This document shows, piece after piece, positions 1-10,654 of a DNA stretch of 47,499 nt (positions are counted from its first letter, which is position 1; each line of letters begins with the position of its first letter). Location: UHGV virus genome UHGV-0039782; one strand, written 5' to 3'. The notes under the pieces were generated by a model. It had not been told where the DNA came from, did no database searches, and saw nothing but the letters and a program-made list of their open reading frames with translations. Made by a program: the position numbers and the translations under genes. This DNA comes from a virus.

Positions 1-2
1 GT

Positions 3-881
<879 letters not shown>

Positions 882-920
882 TACAATATACATCAAATTC
901 ACAAAGGAGCATTTATTATA

Positions 921-2975
921 ATGGCTACCACACCAACTAATAAACCAATTCCGTCTGAAGATCCGCGCGACCTTAAATTTAATGCCGGAAAAATTGATGA
1001 GGTTGTAACTGGTAACAACCACTACTACACCGACCGTTTCGGAGTTCGCCGCTGGACAATTGCTGGATTTCAGTATACGGCAGAAGAAGCTATCCGTAAC
1101 TATGGCTATATCACTTTAAAGAGCTTCCAGCTTGGCGCACCACTTCCTAACAATGAATTAACTATTCCAAATCAGGTTTTGCAGGATGAAACCAATGGAG
1201 AGTATTACCGATGGGATGGACCATTTCCTAAAGCAGTGCCCACTGGTTCAACTCCTGAATCTGCTGGCGGTATTGGTTTAGGCAAGTGGGTGGCTGTTGG
1301 TGATGCTGCTATTAGGTCTGAATTAGCAAAGGAGTCTGGATTTAATTTAATTGGTGGCGCAACATATTCACAAATAAGGAGCAATATTACTGCTACAACA
1401 CGCATATATTGCATTGGTAAAGATAACATTTTTGATGGTGGTTTTGGGTTCTTCGAGGTTGATCCATTAGACACTACTTCTATTGATAACGGTGGGACAA
1501 TTCTGGTAGATGCTTCTGGGCGCAGATGGAAGAGACAGTATGATGGTGACGTGAATTTGATATGGTTTGCTAAAGGTGATGGTGTAACAGATGATGCAGC
1601 CGCGTTCCAGGCCGCGATAGATACTACCCCGTATGGCGGTAAGCTGACCATTCCTACACCCGCTACCTACTATAAAATAGGTACTACACTTACTATCAAT
1701 AAGGCTATTACGATAGAAGGTACGGGCGGTTCTACTGTATACAGAGCACAGATGCCGTGTATAAAAGTGTCAGGCAGCATTAGTGCCTTTAAGCTAGTGG
1801 CAACGTTAGACGGCTTCCTGTTTGAATATGGCATCAGCGGTGTGAAATTTAACAACCTGATGATTGAAGGCCCGGAAATAAGTTCCCGTGGGCTATACGC
1901 CATATGTGCAGACGAATCTGTTAATAATGGTGCATATCATATTCGAGAGTGTGATTTTTCCGGGGTCCATATTCGCTATTTTGAAACCGGCATTAGATTA
2001 CTTGGCACCGTGTATCTGAACTCATTCTATAACAACCATGTTCTTTGGTGCGGAACTGGTTGCCACATAGATAAGGTTGATGGCGCTAATGAAGGTAACT
2101 CAGACCAGAATAGATTCTTTGGGTGCGAATTTGTTCTTAATAATATCGGCATGGTTTTAAGCAATGTCGCTTATTCTGGGTCGCAATCCATAATCGGATG
2201 TACAATTTCAGAAAATACTACGGCTGGGATCGTGGCGGGATATAACACCATCTTCTACATGTCCGGGTCACAGATAGAAGCAAACGGCATCGGTGTAAAC
2301 ATCACAATACCTGCGACAGTAACCAACCCAGCCACCGAAGGGTCAAAGACCATATTTGGTAACTGGTTTCTGTCTAACAACTACGATATTTGGGTCGTCA
2401 AGGAGACAACTGCATTAACTGGCGGTTTTGCATTCCCTATTAATATCCAGTCGAATACATTTGCACAGACAAAAGAACGAGTACTCTACGTCCATGCCCC
2501 TACTGGCGCCGGTGAGTTTGACTCTCGTCAGTTCATTTTCGGAAGCAGCAATTCATACAGTGGTACGGATGGTGTCGTAGGCATCGTGCCGCCTGGCATG
2601 ATAGAAGCAGACTGGAAAGGGTACAACGGTTTCAGAGAAGACGGGAAGGTAACTTTAAGTTGCCGTATGGTGGGGACTGACTTAACTAATGTTGGCCTGA
2701 TAACCATACCTTACGGAAAGCAATGTTACGTAAGATACAACTGCGTTAGCATTCCATCTCTTGTTTCTGCAGGACGCACGCAATCCCCAGCATCTATAGA
2801 ATTCATAAACGTAAATAACGCTAGCAGTCCTGTTGTTATACATCAAGGGACACTTGTAAGGAGTGGTGAATTTCTTATAGATAGAGTGAGCACTGAAACT
2901 TCAGTAAGTGTAAACCTTAACTCAAGTGGGGCTGAGTTGGCTGGACTGGCTGAGATTGAATATTGTATTTTATAA
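921..2975 (+). CDS. tailspike / depolymerase with pectate-lyase-like beta-helix
   Basis: 684 aa; GDGVTDDAAAFQAAID motif typical of pectate_lyase_3-type tailspikes; long G/N/S/T-rich body; SD AAAGGAG upstream of the ATG. Confidence 0.75.
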   Translation: MATTPTNKPIPSEDPRDLKFNAGKIDEVVTGNNHYYTDRFGVRRWTIAGFQYTAEEAIRNYGYITLKSFQLGAPLPNNELTIPNQVLQDETNGEYYRWDGPFPKAVPTGSTPESAGGIGLGKWVAVGDAAIRSELAKESGFNLIGGATYSQIRSNITATTRIYCIGKDNIFDGGFGFFEVDPLDTTSIDNGGTILVDASGRRWKRQYDGDVNLIWFAKGDGVTDDAAAFQAAIDTTPYGGKLTIPTPATYYKIGTTLTINKAITIEGTGGSTVYRAQMPCIKVSGSISAFKLVATLDGFLFEYGISGVKFNNLMIEGPEISSRGLYAICADESVNNGAYHIRECDFSGVHIRYFETGIRLLGTVYLNSFYNNHVLWCGTGCHIDKVDGANEGNSDQNRFFGCEFVLNNIGMVLSNVAYSGSQSIIGCTISENTTAGIVAGYNTIFYMSGSQIEANGIGVNITIPATVTNPATEGSKTIFGNWFLSNNYDIWVVKETTALTGGFAFPINIQSNTFAQTKERVLYVHAPTGAGEFDSRQFIFGSSNSYSGTDGVVGIVPPGMIEADWKGYNGFREDGKVTLSCRMVGTDLTNVGLITIPYGKQCYVRYNCVSIPSLVSAGRTQSPASIEFINVNNASSPVVIHQGTLVRSGEFLIDRVSTETSVSVNLNSSGAELAGLAEIEYCIL

Positions 2976-3025
2976 AATAAAATTTCTGCATTGCTATTTC
3001 AAAAATAGCAAATAATAATCATGAT

Positions 3026-3049
3026 AAAACCCCGCTACGGCGGGGTTTT
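3026..3049. terminator. bidirectional factor-independent terminator between convergent tailspike and ssb
   Basis: perfect hairpin AAAACCCCGC-tacg-GCGGGGTTTT with flanking A/T runs on both strands. Confidence 0.7.
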
Positions 3050-3053
3050 ATCA

Positions 3054-3557
3054 TCAGAAGGGTATTGAATCATCGAAGTCCACCGGAGGCTCATTGCCTC
3101 CTTGTGGGCTTTGTTGTTTTGGTTGCTGCTGCTGTTGCGGATTTGTTCCCCATCCACCTTGAGGTTGTTGTCCTGATTGCTGGCGTGGTTGCTGACCAGA
3201 ATCATCGCGTTTACCTCCAAGCATCTGCATAACGCCACCCATCTGCGGAATGACAATCTCCGTGGTATATCTGTCTACTCCGTTGCTGTCAGTCCACTTA
3301 CGAGTGCGAAGCTGGCCTTCGATATAAACCTGTGAACCTTTGCGAAGGTATTCTGCTGCAACTTCAGCAGGTTTCCCGAAGATGACAACGCGATGCCACT
3401 CTGTATGTTCTTTCTTTTCTCCTGTCTGCTTATCTTTCCACTGCTCAGATGTTGCAACAGAAAGGTTGGCAATAGCAGAGCCTGATGCAGAATATTTAAC
3501 TTCAGGGTCGTTACCGAGAGTGCCGACAATAATTACTTTATTTACGCCTCGTGCCAT
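3054..3557 (-). CDS. ssb: single-stranded DNA-binding protein
   Basis: 167 aa, OB-fold N-terminus ([15 protein letters not shown]...), Gly/Gln/Pro-rich linker and acidic tail ending DDSIPF as in E. coli SSB. Confidence 0.9.
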   Translation of the reverse strand: MARGVNKVIIVGTLGNDPEVKYSASGSAIANLSVATSEQWKDKQTGEKKEHTEWHRVVIFGKPAEVAAEYLRKGSQVYIEGQLRTRKWTDSNGVDRYTTEIVIPQMGGVMQMLGGKRDDSGQQPRQQSGQQPQGGWGTNPQQQQQPKQQSPQGGNEPPVDFDDSIPF

Positions 3558-3560
3558 TTA

Positions 3561-4232
3561 TTAAAATCCTTCGATTGGAGTTGGTTTATGTTCGGTTTTT
3601 GTTTCTTCCTGCGGTTCTGGCTGCTGTGGTTGCGGTTTAGCAAGTTTTGCAGGGTTGAATGATTCACCTGATACCATGAATTTAGCCTTCATTTCCTGAT
3701 AAGCACCAACAATAACGCGTGTTGCCGCATCATCACCACGAAACGCCTTGTATTCCTCGCCATATATTGATGTCAATTCTTCCATGCTGGCTGCGTTGCG
3801 AATCAATGCGACAGCATCCTTTGGCGATTTGCGAGCAGCATTGCCATCATCATCAGCCTGAGCAATGCCAAACATTGCTGCAATAGAATACCGGCGCGCA
3901 TACGTCATTGCAGAACCGTACCCCTGAGCATCCTTCTTAGCAACAGGCATTGGCATTACGGATGACATGTATTCACCAGACTCATGCATTATCGTTGTTT
4001 CAAGTTTAAGCACATCCATTGAATCGCCATCAATGGCATTCTGGATGATTATAAGGCCGTTTGCCTCAAGAGCCGGACGTATTGCATCAAGGAATGACTC
4101 AAGATTTGCGTAATTGCTTTTCAGGTGTGGGTTTTTGGCGTTTTTCTTTGCGCCGCTACTCATCACTTTGCGAGCCTCAACCAGAGCCTTAATCAGATTT
4201 GCTTTCTGTTCCGAGAAAATCATTTGCATCAC
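3561..4232 (-). CDS. erf: Erf-family single-strand annealing recombinase
   Basis: 223 aa; N-terminal pattern (KSNYANLESFLDAIRPAL...GYGSAMTYARRYS) resembles Erf-type SSAPs; lies between ssb and an exonuclease. Confidence 0.6.
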   Translation of the reverse strand: MMQMIFSEQKANLIKALVEARKVMSSGAKKNAKNPHLKSNYANLESFLDAIRPALEANGLIIIQNAIDGDSMDVLKLETTIMHESGEYMSSVMPMPVAKKDAQGYGSAMTYARRYSIAAMFGIAQADDDGNAARKSPKDAVALIRNAASMEELTSIYGEEYKAFRGDDAATRVIVGAYQEMKAKFMVSGESFNPAKLAKPQPQQPEPQEETKTEHKPTPIEGF

Positions 4233-4240
4233 CTCACTAA

Positions 4241-5197
4241 TTATAAATTAAATTGCTTCTTGAACCATTCAGGCGTTTCCATTTCGATGACTGGATTCCC
4301 CATTGAATAACCCGGCCAAGAATTAGCTTTTTTGCACGCCTTGTAAATTTCCATTGCCCCATGCAACTGAATTCGACCAATATGCAACTGCTCTTCCGTT
4401 AATCGAATTAACGCAGGAATAAACGGCGCTTTCTTTTCCTGCACAAGAAGATTCACCGAGCGAGGCGCATGACCATAAGCCTCGACAAACATGTCGTGCT
4501 GCATTGCCATCTTCATAAAGTATCCAAGTCGCGCAGCATGGCGGAAAAACTCATCAGGCTTTGCGCTCACTGCTGTTTTGTAGTCGATGATATCGCCACC
4601 GCGAGTAAGGCAGTCAAAGCGTACTTTTGCCTTTTCTCCGTTAAGTTCACCGAGAATTGACACTTCAGCATAAGCACCAGCAAGAAGGCTGCTGTAATAG
4701 CTGTTTGCGTGGATTACAGCGCGCATTTGCTGGATGGCGTCATAATCACTACCTTCCAGCATCTGCTTTCCTGCAGCAGCTTTTTCAGCCTCTTCACGGA
4801 TGACATCGTAAATTTTCACTGGTTCTCCAGTCGCATGAATGATTTTGATCACCTCAGCTTTCGACTTCCCTGATAGTCCTTTGATTCCTCGTTCTTTTGC
4901 CCATGAGTTCATATCTGCGGCGGTTACCAGTACCGTTGGTTTCCCATCCTTGTCTTTTGGAAAATCATCTACAACAGGCATACGTGCATATTCCGCCTCG
5001 AAGCGCTCTGGTTCAAGCAATGCAGCATGGCTTCCCGTCCCGAAGATAAGCGCTTTTGACTGCTCATCTTCTTCATCTTTGTAGCGCCATGCTGCTGGGC
5101 ATCTGTCATACAGATTCCACAGTCCTGAGCCGTTGATATGCTCTGTGTCAGCGTGGTACTGCTCGTTGCTGAGTTCGTTGTTTAGGTAGACTTTCAT
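4241..5197 (-). CDS. recombination exonuclease, PD-(D/E)XK (Cas4/RecB-like) fold
   Basis: 318 aa; conserved acidic/lysine pattern of PDDEXK phage exonucleases; adjacent to the SSAP gene. Confidence 0.5.
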   Translation of the reverse strand: MKVYLNNELSNEQYHADTEHINGSGLWNLYDRCPAAWRYKDEEDEQSKALIFGTGSHAALLEPERFEAEYARMPVVDDFPKDKDGKPTVLVTAADMNSWAKERGIKGLSGKSKAEVIKIIHATGEPVKIYDVIREEAEKAAAGKQMLEGSDYDAIQQMRAVIHANSYYSSLLAGAYAEVSILGELNGEKAKVRFDCLTRGGDIIDYKTAVSAKPDEFFRHAARLGYFMKMAMQHDMFVEAYGHAPRSVNLLVQEKKAPFIPALIRLTEEQLHIGRIQLHGAMEIYKACKKANSWPGYSMGNPVIEMETPEWFKKQFNL

Positions 5198-5622
5198 TGC
5201 ATCTCCTCAACATCTCTCCAGTCCATGTTAGAGTTGTTTTGTCCGTAAACACCACCGTAAAAATAATTATCTCCAGGCCAAACGATATTGCCACCATAAT
5301 ACCCGTTAGAATCATTGCGGTAGTCGATTATCATTTCGCCTTTATCGGTGATGATTTTAGCCCCGTAGTATTGGACAAAATCGCAACCAGGCATACCACC
5401 AAGGTCAGGCATATCTAAATCCTGGCACTCAATTATTGTAAATGGCAGACCAAGCGCTGGCATCTCTACAGACTCAATCCATGTGTATGAGCAGCAATCA
5501 GCGTCAACCATAACAACTAATTGCTCTCCATCATCAGATACAAAAAGCATCGCCTCTTTGTCTTCTGCAATTTTCACTTCAATAATTTTCTTACCAATAA
5601 GTAAGTTTTCCATCTTCATCAC
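5194..5622 (-). CDS. hypothetical protein (Gly/Tyr-rich C-terminus)
   Basis: 142-aa ORF, 4-nt overlap with the downstream gene, intergenic motif pair upstream. Confidence 0.4.
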   Translation of the reverse strand: MMKMENLLIGKKIIEVKIAEDKEAMLFVSDDGEQLVVMVDADCCSYTWIESVEMPALGLPFTIIECQDLDMPDLGGMPGCDFVQYYGAKIITDKGEMIIDYRNDSNGYYGGNIVWPGDNYFYGGVYGQNNSNMDWRDVEEMQ

Positions 5623-5651
5623 CTCACCATTTATCGTTAATTGAATCTACA

Positions 5652-6077
5652 TCAATCTACATCTGAAAGCAAGCCAAAATAGAAAAGCGTGGCTTTTTTT
5701 AGTTGCTCAGCTCCGTACGCGATAGCTGCGAACTTGCCTTCTTTATGCGCCCCCTCAAGAAATTTACGCTGGCCTTTTGATACCTGGGATTTCGTTCTAT
5801 CTTCTTTCTTAAGCTCCATTACTGCGCAGGAATGAGCGGCACCATTGCTTAGTATAATTACGTCGCTCACGCCACTTTTTACGCCCATTTTTTTTCTCTT
5901 TATAACGAACTGCGCACCGCTTTTTGTCCCGGTTTCATTTGGAACATGAAACCATATAACGTCAGGGAAGTGATAATCCATCCACAACCCATAAGTCATC
6001 TGTTCCGTTTCCTCTGAATTACACTCTCCACGATAACCACTATCAAATACCCATATACCGCTATCAAGCTGCTTCAC
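5652..6077 (-). CDS. VRR-NUC domain nuclease
   Basis: 141 aa; ...SDVIIL...ELKKEDRTKSQVSKGQRKFLE... matches the VRR-NUC D/E-K core. Confidence 0.5.
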   Translation of the reverse strand: MKQLDSGIWVFDSGYRGECNSEETEQMTYGLWMDYHFPDVIWFHVPNETGTKSGAQFVIKRKKMGVKSGVSDVIILSNGAAHSCAVMELKKEDRTKSQVSKGQRKFLEGAHKEGKFAAIAYGAEQLKKATLFYFGLLSDVD

Positions 6078-7695
6078 TTTGTTCTCCTGTGAAATCTTTG
6101 CGGTGGATTATGTCACGGCCTTTATCGTTGATACGATGCGTGATGCGTTTCGGCGCTTTAATTAATCCCGCATACATCATGAATTGCTTGGCGTTCTGGC
6201 ATTTCAGGATTTTCCCGGCCATTGACTTATCATCAAGGTGAGGGAAGATGGCCTTTGCCTTGAACATGTTTTTCATGTGAGTTGCACCGCCGTAAGGGTA
6301 GAAAACCTCGTTAGCCCAGCCTTCTTTGCCATCACAACGATTAATCCAGTAGCGATATAAAATTCCCTCTCCGTCCTTCGTCAACTGGACTTTGAAGTCC
6401 ATAACATCAGCCCATTCGTTGTCGGTATACGCCCGCTCATTCAGTGCCGCATTCGGATCGCGCAAAACGTGATCGCAATGTCGGCAATAGCGAGCAGTGG
6501 GGTCGTTTTTAGTGCCGCAACCATCATCAAAAATGCGGATTCCGTGCTTATCAAAACCGCAACGGATGTAACTGAAAAACTCCTCGCAACGACCATCTGG
6601 CGACAATGCATCCTTGCCAATGCAGCGGCGAGCATATGGACTGTTCATTGTTCCGCATTTTGGGCACGGAACCTGTTCACCACTGCGTTTTGAACGCTGC
6701 GCCTCAGCTTCTTCAAGAATTGGGTCTTCATACAGCTGACCAAGCTCAAACATCGTGCCAGAGAAATCAAGAACCAGATGGTCTTCTTTATGATACCCGG
6801 CATCAATTTGCTCCTTCTTCAGCAGGCGCATCCCGCGACCAAGCAACTGAACAAGAAGGGTGAGTGACATTATTTTTCGCAATATGACGCTTGTATCCCA
6901 AAGCGGGATATTGACGCCAGTCGTCAAGCAACCAATCTGGAAAACATATTTAATCTTGCCAGTGTATGCGTCTTTTAACGCCTTGCGTCTGGCTTTCTGC
7001 CCCATATCCTCGGTGACGATAGCATAACTTCCTTCGGGTAAATATTTAGCCGCCTCATGACAGTGCTTCTTGCCAGCGCATGTAATCAATACGCCATTTC
7101 TGTTTTTTGTCAGCTCCATAACCTTGAGCATGATTTTCTGCGTGAGGGTTCCTTGCTCAAGGATTTCTTTCTGCATCTGCTTTAGTTGTTCGGCAGTGAA
7201 ATCCTGTGTGCCATCGCTTCCTGATGCCTCAAATGCTGACAGGTCGTAATGCAAATCATCAATGTCATGCAGGCCAAAAATCGTTGGAACAAGGAATCCA
7301 ATATCAACAAGATATTTGGTGTCAATGTTTACTATTTCATTTTTCCAGTAAGCACCCTTAATCGAGTCGGTGCCACGAAACGGACTGCCTGTATATCCAA
7401 TAACAATGACGTCGTGACCGTATTTAGCCTTACATCTGCGGTTAAGTTCAGTCATGATGACGCCATATTGCGTTTCAGGACTTTCACTTATCACGTCCTC
7501 CCAGTTCATCTGGTGGCAGTTATGAGCTACGAATCCATTTGCAACAAAGTTGTGATGGGTAGGCATCTCTATATCCCACACCATTTCATCACCAATTTCA
7601 TTTATTGACTCGATTACTTTTGATTTTGTATTCCACGCCATCTTCCATGTGGTCAGTAATTCTTTTAAAAAACTCATCCTGCGCTTCCTCATCAA
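6064..7695 (-). CDS. intein C-terminal splicing segment (blocks F/G, ...VWDIEMPTHHNFVANGFVAHN|C) fused to SF2 DExH helicase C-extein with C-terminal zinc ribbons
   Basis: HN followed by Cys at residues 59/60; downstream helicase motifs (TGSPFRG, QIGCLTTGVN, LLGRGMRL) and CPKC/CRHC zinc ribbons; the frame is closed by a TAA three codons upstream of the first start. Confidence 0.75.
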   Translation of the reverse strand: MMRKRRMSFLKELLTTWKMAWNTKSKVIESINEIGDEMVWDIEMPTHHNFVANGFVAHNCHQMNWEDVISESPETQYGVIMTELNRRCKAKYGHDVIVIGYTGSPFRGTDSIKGAYWKNEIVNIDTKYLVDIGFLVPTIFGLHDIDDLHYDLSAFEASGSDGTQDFTAEQLKQMQKEILEQGTLTQKIMLKVMELTKNRNGVLITCAGKKHCHEAAKYLPEGSYAIVTEDMGQKARRKALKDAYTGKIKYVFQIGCLTTGVNIPLWDTSVILRKIMSLTLLVQLLGRGMRLLKKEQIDAGYHKEDHLVLDFSGTMFELGQLYEDPILEEAEAQRSKRSGEQVPCPKCGTMNSPYARRCIGKDALSPDGRCEEFFSYIRCGFDKHGIRIFDDGCGTKNDPTARYCRHCDHVLRDPNAALNERAYTDNEWADVMDFKVQLTKDGEGILYRYWINRCDGKEGWANEVFYPYGGATHMKNMFKAKAIFPHLDDKSMAGKILKCQNAKQFMMYAGLIKAPKRITHRINDKGRDIIHRKDFTGEQSEAA

Positions 7696-8661
7696 AAATA
7701 TTTACATAAAACATTTCGCGCTTTTTCGTTCCGCCAATGTAAGAATTAACTCGCGCTCCATTTAATCCAAGAAAATCATTCAATGCATTGGCAACTTCCC
7801 AACATTCATCCCCCGCGAACGCCTCGGTGTGAATGAATACCTGTCTGTACTTGCCGTAAGATATTGATGAATGACCATCATCACCAAAATAAACAGCCCA
7901 ACCAACTTCGTTTAACTCCCTGCATATCTTTCCTATGTCGTACCCATTTGCAGAGTCACCATATTTCTCAGCGTACCTGTCAAGTATCTTTGTGCATGAT
8001 GTTCTAACCTGAAACCATTTATCACCGAATCCCGGATTATCTCTTTCTCTGTATGCTGCATTAAGTTTCTTGAATCTTGCAGCTTTGCACAGAGCGTGAT
8101 CTTTATTTCCCATATTCCACGCCAGTCTGTGCGTTCCCCTTTTTGTGTTCTTAATCAGGCATCCATCACCAGCAAGAGCGGCGAGTATGTTTTGATGCAA
8201 GAAGTCATCAATAACAAGGCCGCTATCAACGGTTGAATTATGATGACCAGACCTAAAATCAACATAGTAACCGTAAGGGTTTTCCAGTAACGCACTCAGC
8301 CCTTTGCTTGTGTGCGGAAAAACCTTTTCGCCACAGCCACACTTGCACGAAGGAGCTTTGTCATAAATCTGTCCGACGAGCCATCTAACGACAGAGTCAT
8401 CCCAGCCTTTAGTTTTCCCGCTTCTACCCAGCAACCGTCTGAATAAAGTTTGTGTGTACTCGTGCATTTTATTTCCTCACCGCCTATTAATTTAACTGAT
8501 GATACACGCTTTATACCATTAGTAAATACTCTTTTTGGTTTGTGGTACATCCATTCGCCAGTAACTTCATCTAAGCACTTGATTTCTTTATTTATTAAAC
8601 TATCGTCATCAATTCTCACCCATCCATCACTCGTTAATATCAGTGCATCACCAGTCAAGCA
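7519..8661 (-). other. intein element inserted in the helicase DExH motif; 381 codons end to end, carried as three ORFs in two frames
   Basis: N-terminal Cys codon at 8659-8661; C-terminal Asn codon at 7519-7521 followed by the Cys +1 codon; both ends share a frame but an in-frame TGA sits at 8296-8298. Confidence 0.6.
7598..8467 (-). CDS. LAGLIDADG homing endonuclease ORF nested in the intein-coding region in a different reading frame
   Basis: two LAGLIDADG motifs about 100 aa apart (ILAALAGDGCL and AVYFGDDGHS); own ATG preceded by GGTGAGG; overlaps the Int-N ORF by 172 nt and the Int-C ORF by 98 nt. Confidence 0.7.
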   Translation of the reverse strand: MHEYTQTLFRRLLGRSGKTKGWDDSVVRWLVGQIYDKAPSCKCGCGEKVFPHTSKGLSALLENPYGYYVDFRSGHHNSTVDSGLVIDDFLHQNILAALAGDGCLIKNTKRGTHRLAWNMGNKDHALCKAARFKKLNAAYRERDNPGFGDKWFQVRTSCTKILDRYAEKYGDSANGYDIGKICRELNEVGWAVYFGDDGHSSISYGKYRQVFIHTEAFAGDECWEVANALNDFLGLNGARVNSYIGGTKKREMFYVNIFDEEAQDEFFKRITDHMEDGVEYKIKSNRVNK

Positions 8662-9144
8662 CTCATCCATAAGAACAAAGCGAGGGCAAAAATCGGAAAG
8701 CGCACCTTTAGAAAGAATATTACCTGAGTCGTCCTTCTTATCGAAAAGACCATTTATTATTGTTCCCTCAGTGCCAGCAATAAGCGGGTATGCCGTAGAC
8801 TTTCTGCCAAGAGCAGCACTAAAAAGTGAGTTTTTCACACTCAGATTCCATAGTTCTTCCGCATCCTGCTCAATAATTTCTGGCTGCCTTGCAATAACAA
8901 GCCCTTCCCACCCCATATCCTGAAAGCGTCGCGCAATCATAGCAATCATGATCGTCTTACCAGCACCTACCGATGCCGTCACAAAACTTGGTTTCGGTTC
9001 TCTGCCAAACTTGCGGATAACTTCAGCCGTCTTTTCATAAACCAGCCACTGATAAGGTCGAGGCTCAATTTCCCCTGTATGAACAACTGACCGCAATTTG
9101 TCTATATCCAACTCCGCAATCATTGCGTCGATTTTATGCGTCAT
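8296..9144 (-). CDS. SF2 helicase N-extein (Walker A GAGKT, motif II VLMDE) fused to intein N-terminal segment (block A CLTGDALIL, block B TSTHKL), ending at a TGA
   Basis: intein begins with Cys162 immediately after LMDE, so the spliced junction would restore a DECH box; the 121-aa Int-N part ends in a stop. Confidence 0.75.
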   Translation of the reverse strand: MTHKIDAMIAELDIDKLRSVVHTGEIEPRPYQWLVYEKTAEVIRKFGREPKPSFVTASVGAGKTIMIAMIARRFQDMGWEGLVIARQPEIIEQDAEELWNLSVKNSLFSAALGRKSTAYPLIAGTEGTIINGLFDKKDDSGNILSKGALSDFCPRFVLMDECLTGDALILTSDGWVRIDDDSLINKEIKCLDEVTGEWMYHKPKRVFTNGIKRVSSVKLIGGEEIKCTSTHKLYSDGCWVEAGKLKAGMTLSLDGSSDRFMTKLLRASVAVAKRFFRTQAKG

Positions 9145-9219
9145 AGCAAATAACCTTTGTTGATGTTTCTACGTCAGTTAGCTTATACTCAATCTACACC
9201 AACAATCAAGGGTAAATTT
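9145..9219. promoter_or_regulatory. divergent control region between helicase and primase genes carrying TCTACGTCA and CAATCTACACC motif copies
   Basis: TTCTACGTCAG at 9167-9177 and CAATCTACACC at 9190-9200. Confidence 0.4.
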
Positions 9220-10173
9220 ATGAGATACGACTGGAAGGAAATCGAGCCAAAAATGCTCGGCAACTGGCAGGCTGCCATCATGTCTATCGTCAATGTGGAT
9301 AGCAGAGTTTTCAATGGCAAGCACCAGCCATGCCCGTCATGCTCAGGGAAAGACAGGTATCGCTTTGATGACAACTTCGAAACAAAAGGCGATGGTGGTG
9401 CAATCTGTAATCAGTGCGGCTCCGGCAGCGGAATGAACTGGCTGATGAAACTATCCGGCATGAACTTTCCTGAAGCACTTGAGGCGCTGGGTGGATTCCT
9501 GAATATGCACCCGCGTGAAAAGCTGGAGGCAATCAGGAAGGAGCTACCGAAGATAAATTACAACGATGACTTCATCACTGAGCAGGGAGTCGCCGCAATC
9601 ATGGCTAAAACGACGCGTGTCGCGATGAATGAGTGGACGTTGATAAATGGTATTGGTTGCGACGTTAACGTCATCAGAGGCGAATCTGGAGAGCTTGTTG
9701 CGGTCGAGATGATGCGTGCTGACACAATGAAACTGTGCAACGTGGCATTCATTGGCATGGATGGTGATTCACTCAGAACGTTTTTCCGCGCAGGATATAA
9801 CAAAGACTCGGCTATCAATGGAAAAATCACGCGCGGCGCGATAAGCCCAATCGGAGAAGACAACGGGAAGTTCATTTACCTGGTATCTGATTATGCCGAT
9901 GCGTGGAAGTGCCATTACTTCACTGGCGCGCATGTCTGGTGTTGCTGGTCGCCGGAAAACATGTGGGAGGTTGTGCGTTCTGTTAACGACGAGATGAAAG
10001 CACGGTTGCGCTGCATAGTTAATTATAAATTTGACGAACTTTGCGCTGCGGAAAACGCTGGACTACCGGTGATGCTTCCTGATGATTCTGACACAATCAG
10101 GATGGCAAAGAGAATAAGGAGAAAGATTTATGACGCTGGCGAGTTGATAGAGAAAATGTCAGTTAGCAGATAA
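9220..10173 (+). CDS. DNA primase-like protein (N-terminal Cys4 zinc ribbon plus Toprim-like region)
   Basis: CPSCSG...CNQCGSGSG zinc-binding motif typical of primase zinc ribbons; acidic DxD-type motifs downstream; ATG at 9220 with an AAGGG-type SD. Confidence 0.5.
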   Translation: MRYDWKEIEPKMLGNWQAAIMSIVNVDSRVFNGKHQPCPSCSGKDRYRFDDNFETKGDGGAICNQCGSGSGMNWLMKLSGMNFPEALEALGGFLNMHPREKLEAIRKELPKINYNDDFITEQGVAAIMAKTTRVAMNEWTLINGIGCDVNVIRGESGELVAVEMMRADTMKLCNVAFIGMDGDSLRTFFRAGYNKDSAINGKITRGAISPIGEDNGKFIYLVSDYADAWKCHYFTGAHVWCCWSPENMWEVVRSVNDEMKARLRCIVNYKFDELCAAENAGLPVMLPDDSDTIRMAKRIRRKIYDAGELIEKMSVSR

Positions 10174-10176
10174 AAG

Positions 10177-10202
10177 AAACCCTCCAGAAGGAGGGTTTTT
10201 CT
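10177..10202. terminator. bidirectional terminator
   Basis: hairpin AAACCCTCC-agaa-GGAGGGTTT followed by TTTTCTT. Confidence 0.65.
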
Positions 10203-10228
10203 TATTCCTTGAACTCTGGCGCTTCAGT

Positions 10229-10648
10229 CTAGAAGGCTACATTTCGCAGCGACTTACCAGTGTTATTGCACCAGTATATTCCTGAGTCATCATACTTGGC
10301 AGTAACCTTGACGCGATCAGCATCAATAATAACAACCTCCTGTCCATCTTTAGGGTCGAAAAGACGCGCATCTTTCCAGTTAGCAATCTCATTAATGGAA
10401 AGAAGGACATAACCGGGAAGATAAGCGCCGACATCAGCGATGTGAACTATAGTTCTCTCTGTTCTCTCTCCTGTGTAGTCTCCATTCCACTCGTAAAGAA
10501 TAATCGTGTCTCCAACCTTAAAATCACGGTCATTCTTTCTTAGTTCCGCCTTCTTGTGTCCGGTAACTACAGGCCAGAAGTGTTCAGGTAAAATTTTAAG
10601 TTCGTGTGTTTTGCTCATTTCAAACATCCTCATAACACCAATATGCAA
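10229..10648 (-). CDS. ASCH/DUF3850-like domain protein
   Basis: 139 aa; ELRKNDRDFKVGDTIIL...E pattern typical of the ASCH/PUA-like fold. Confidence 0.45.
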   Translation of the reverse strand: MHIGVMRMFEMSKTHELKILPEHFWPVVTGHKKAELRKNDRDFKVGDTIILYEWNGDYTGERTERTIVHIADVGAYLPGYVLLSINEIANWKDARLFDPKDGQEVVIIDADRVKVTAKYDDSGIYWCNNTGKSLRNVAF

Positions 10649-10654
10649 CGCGAA

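Noticed and set aside
7598-8661. Simple cis-spliced LAGLIDADG intein, the default reading of the helicase locus
   Set aside because: In the sequence as given, the splicing blocks and the endonuclease motifs lie in different frames, with a TGA after block B and a TAA just upstream of block F. It is retained only as the sequencing-error alternative in the finding.
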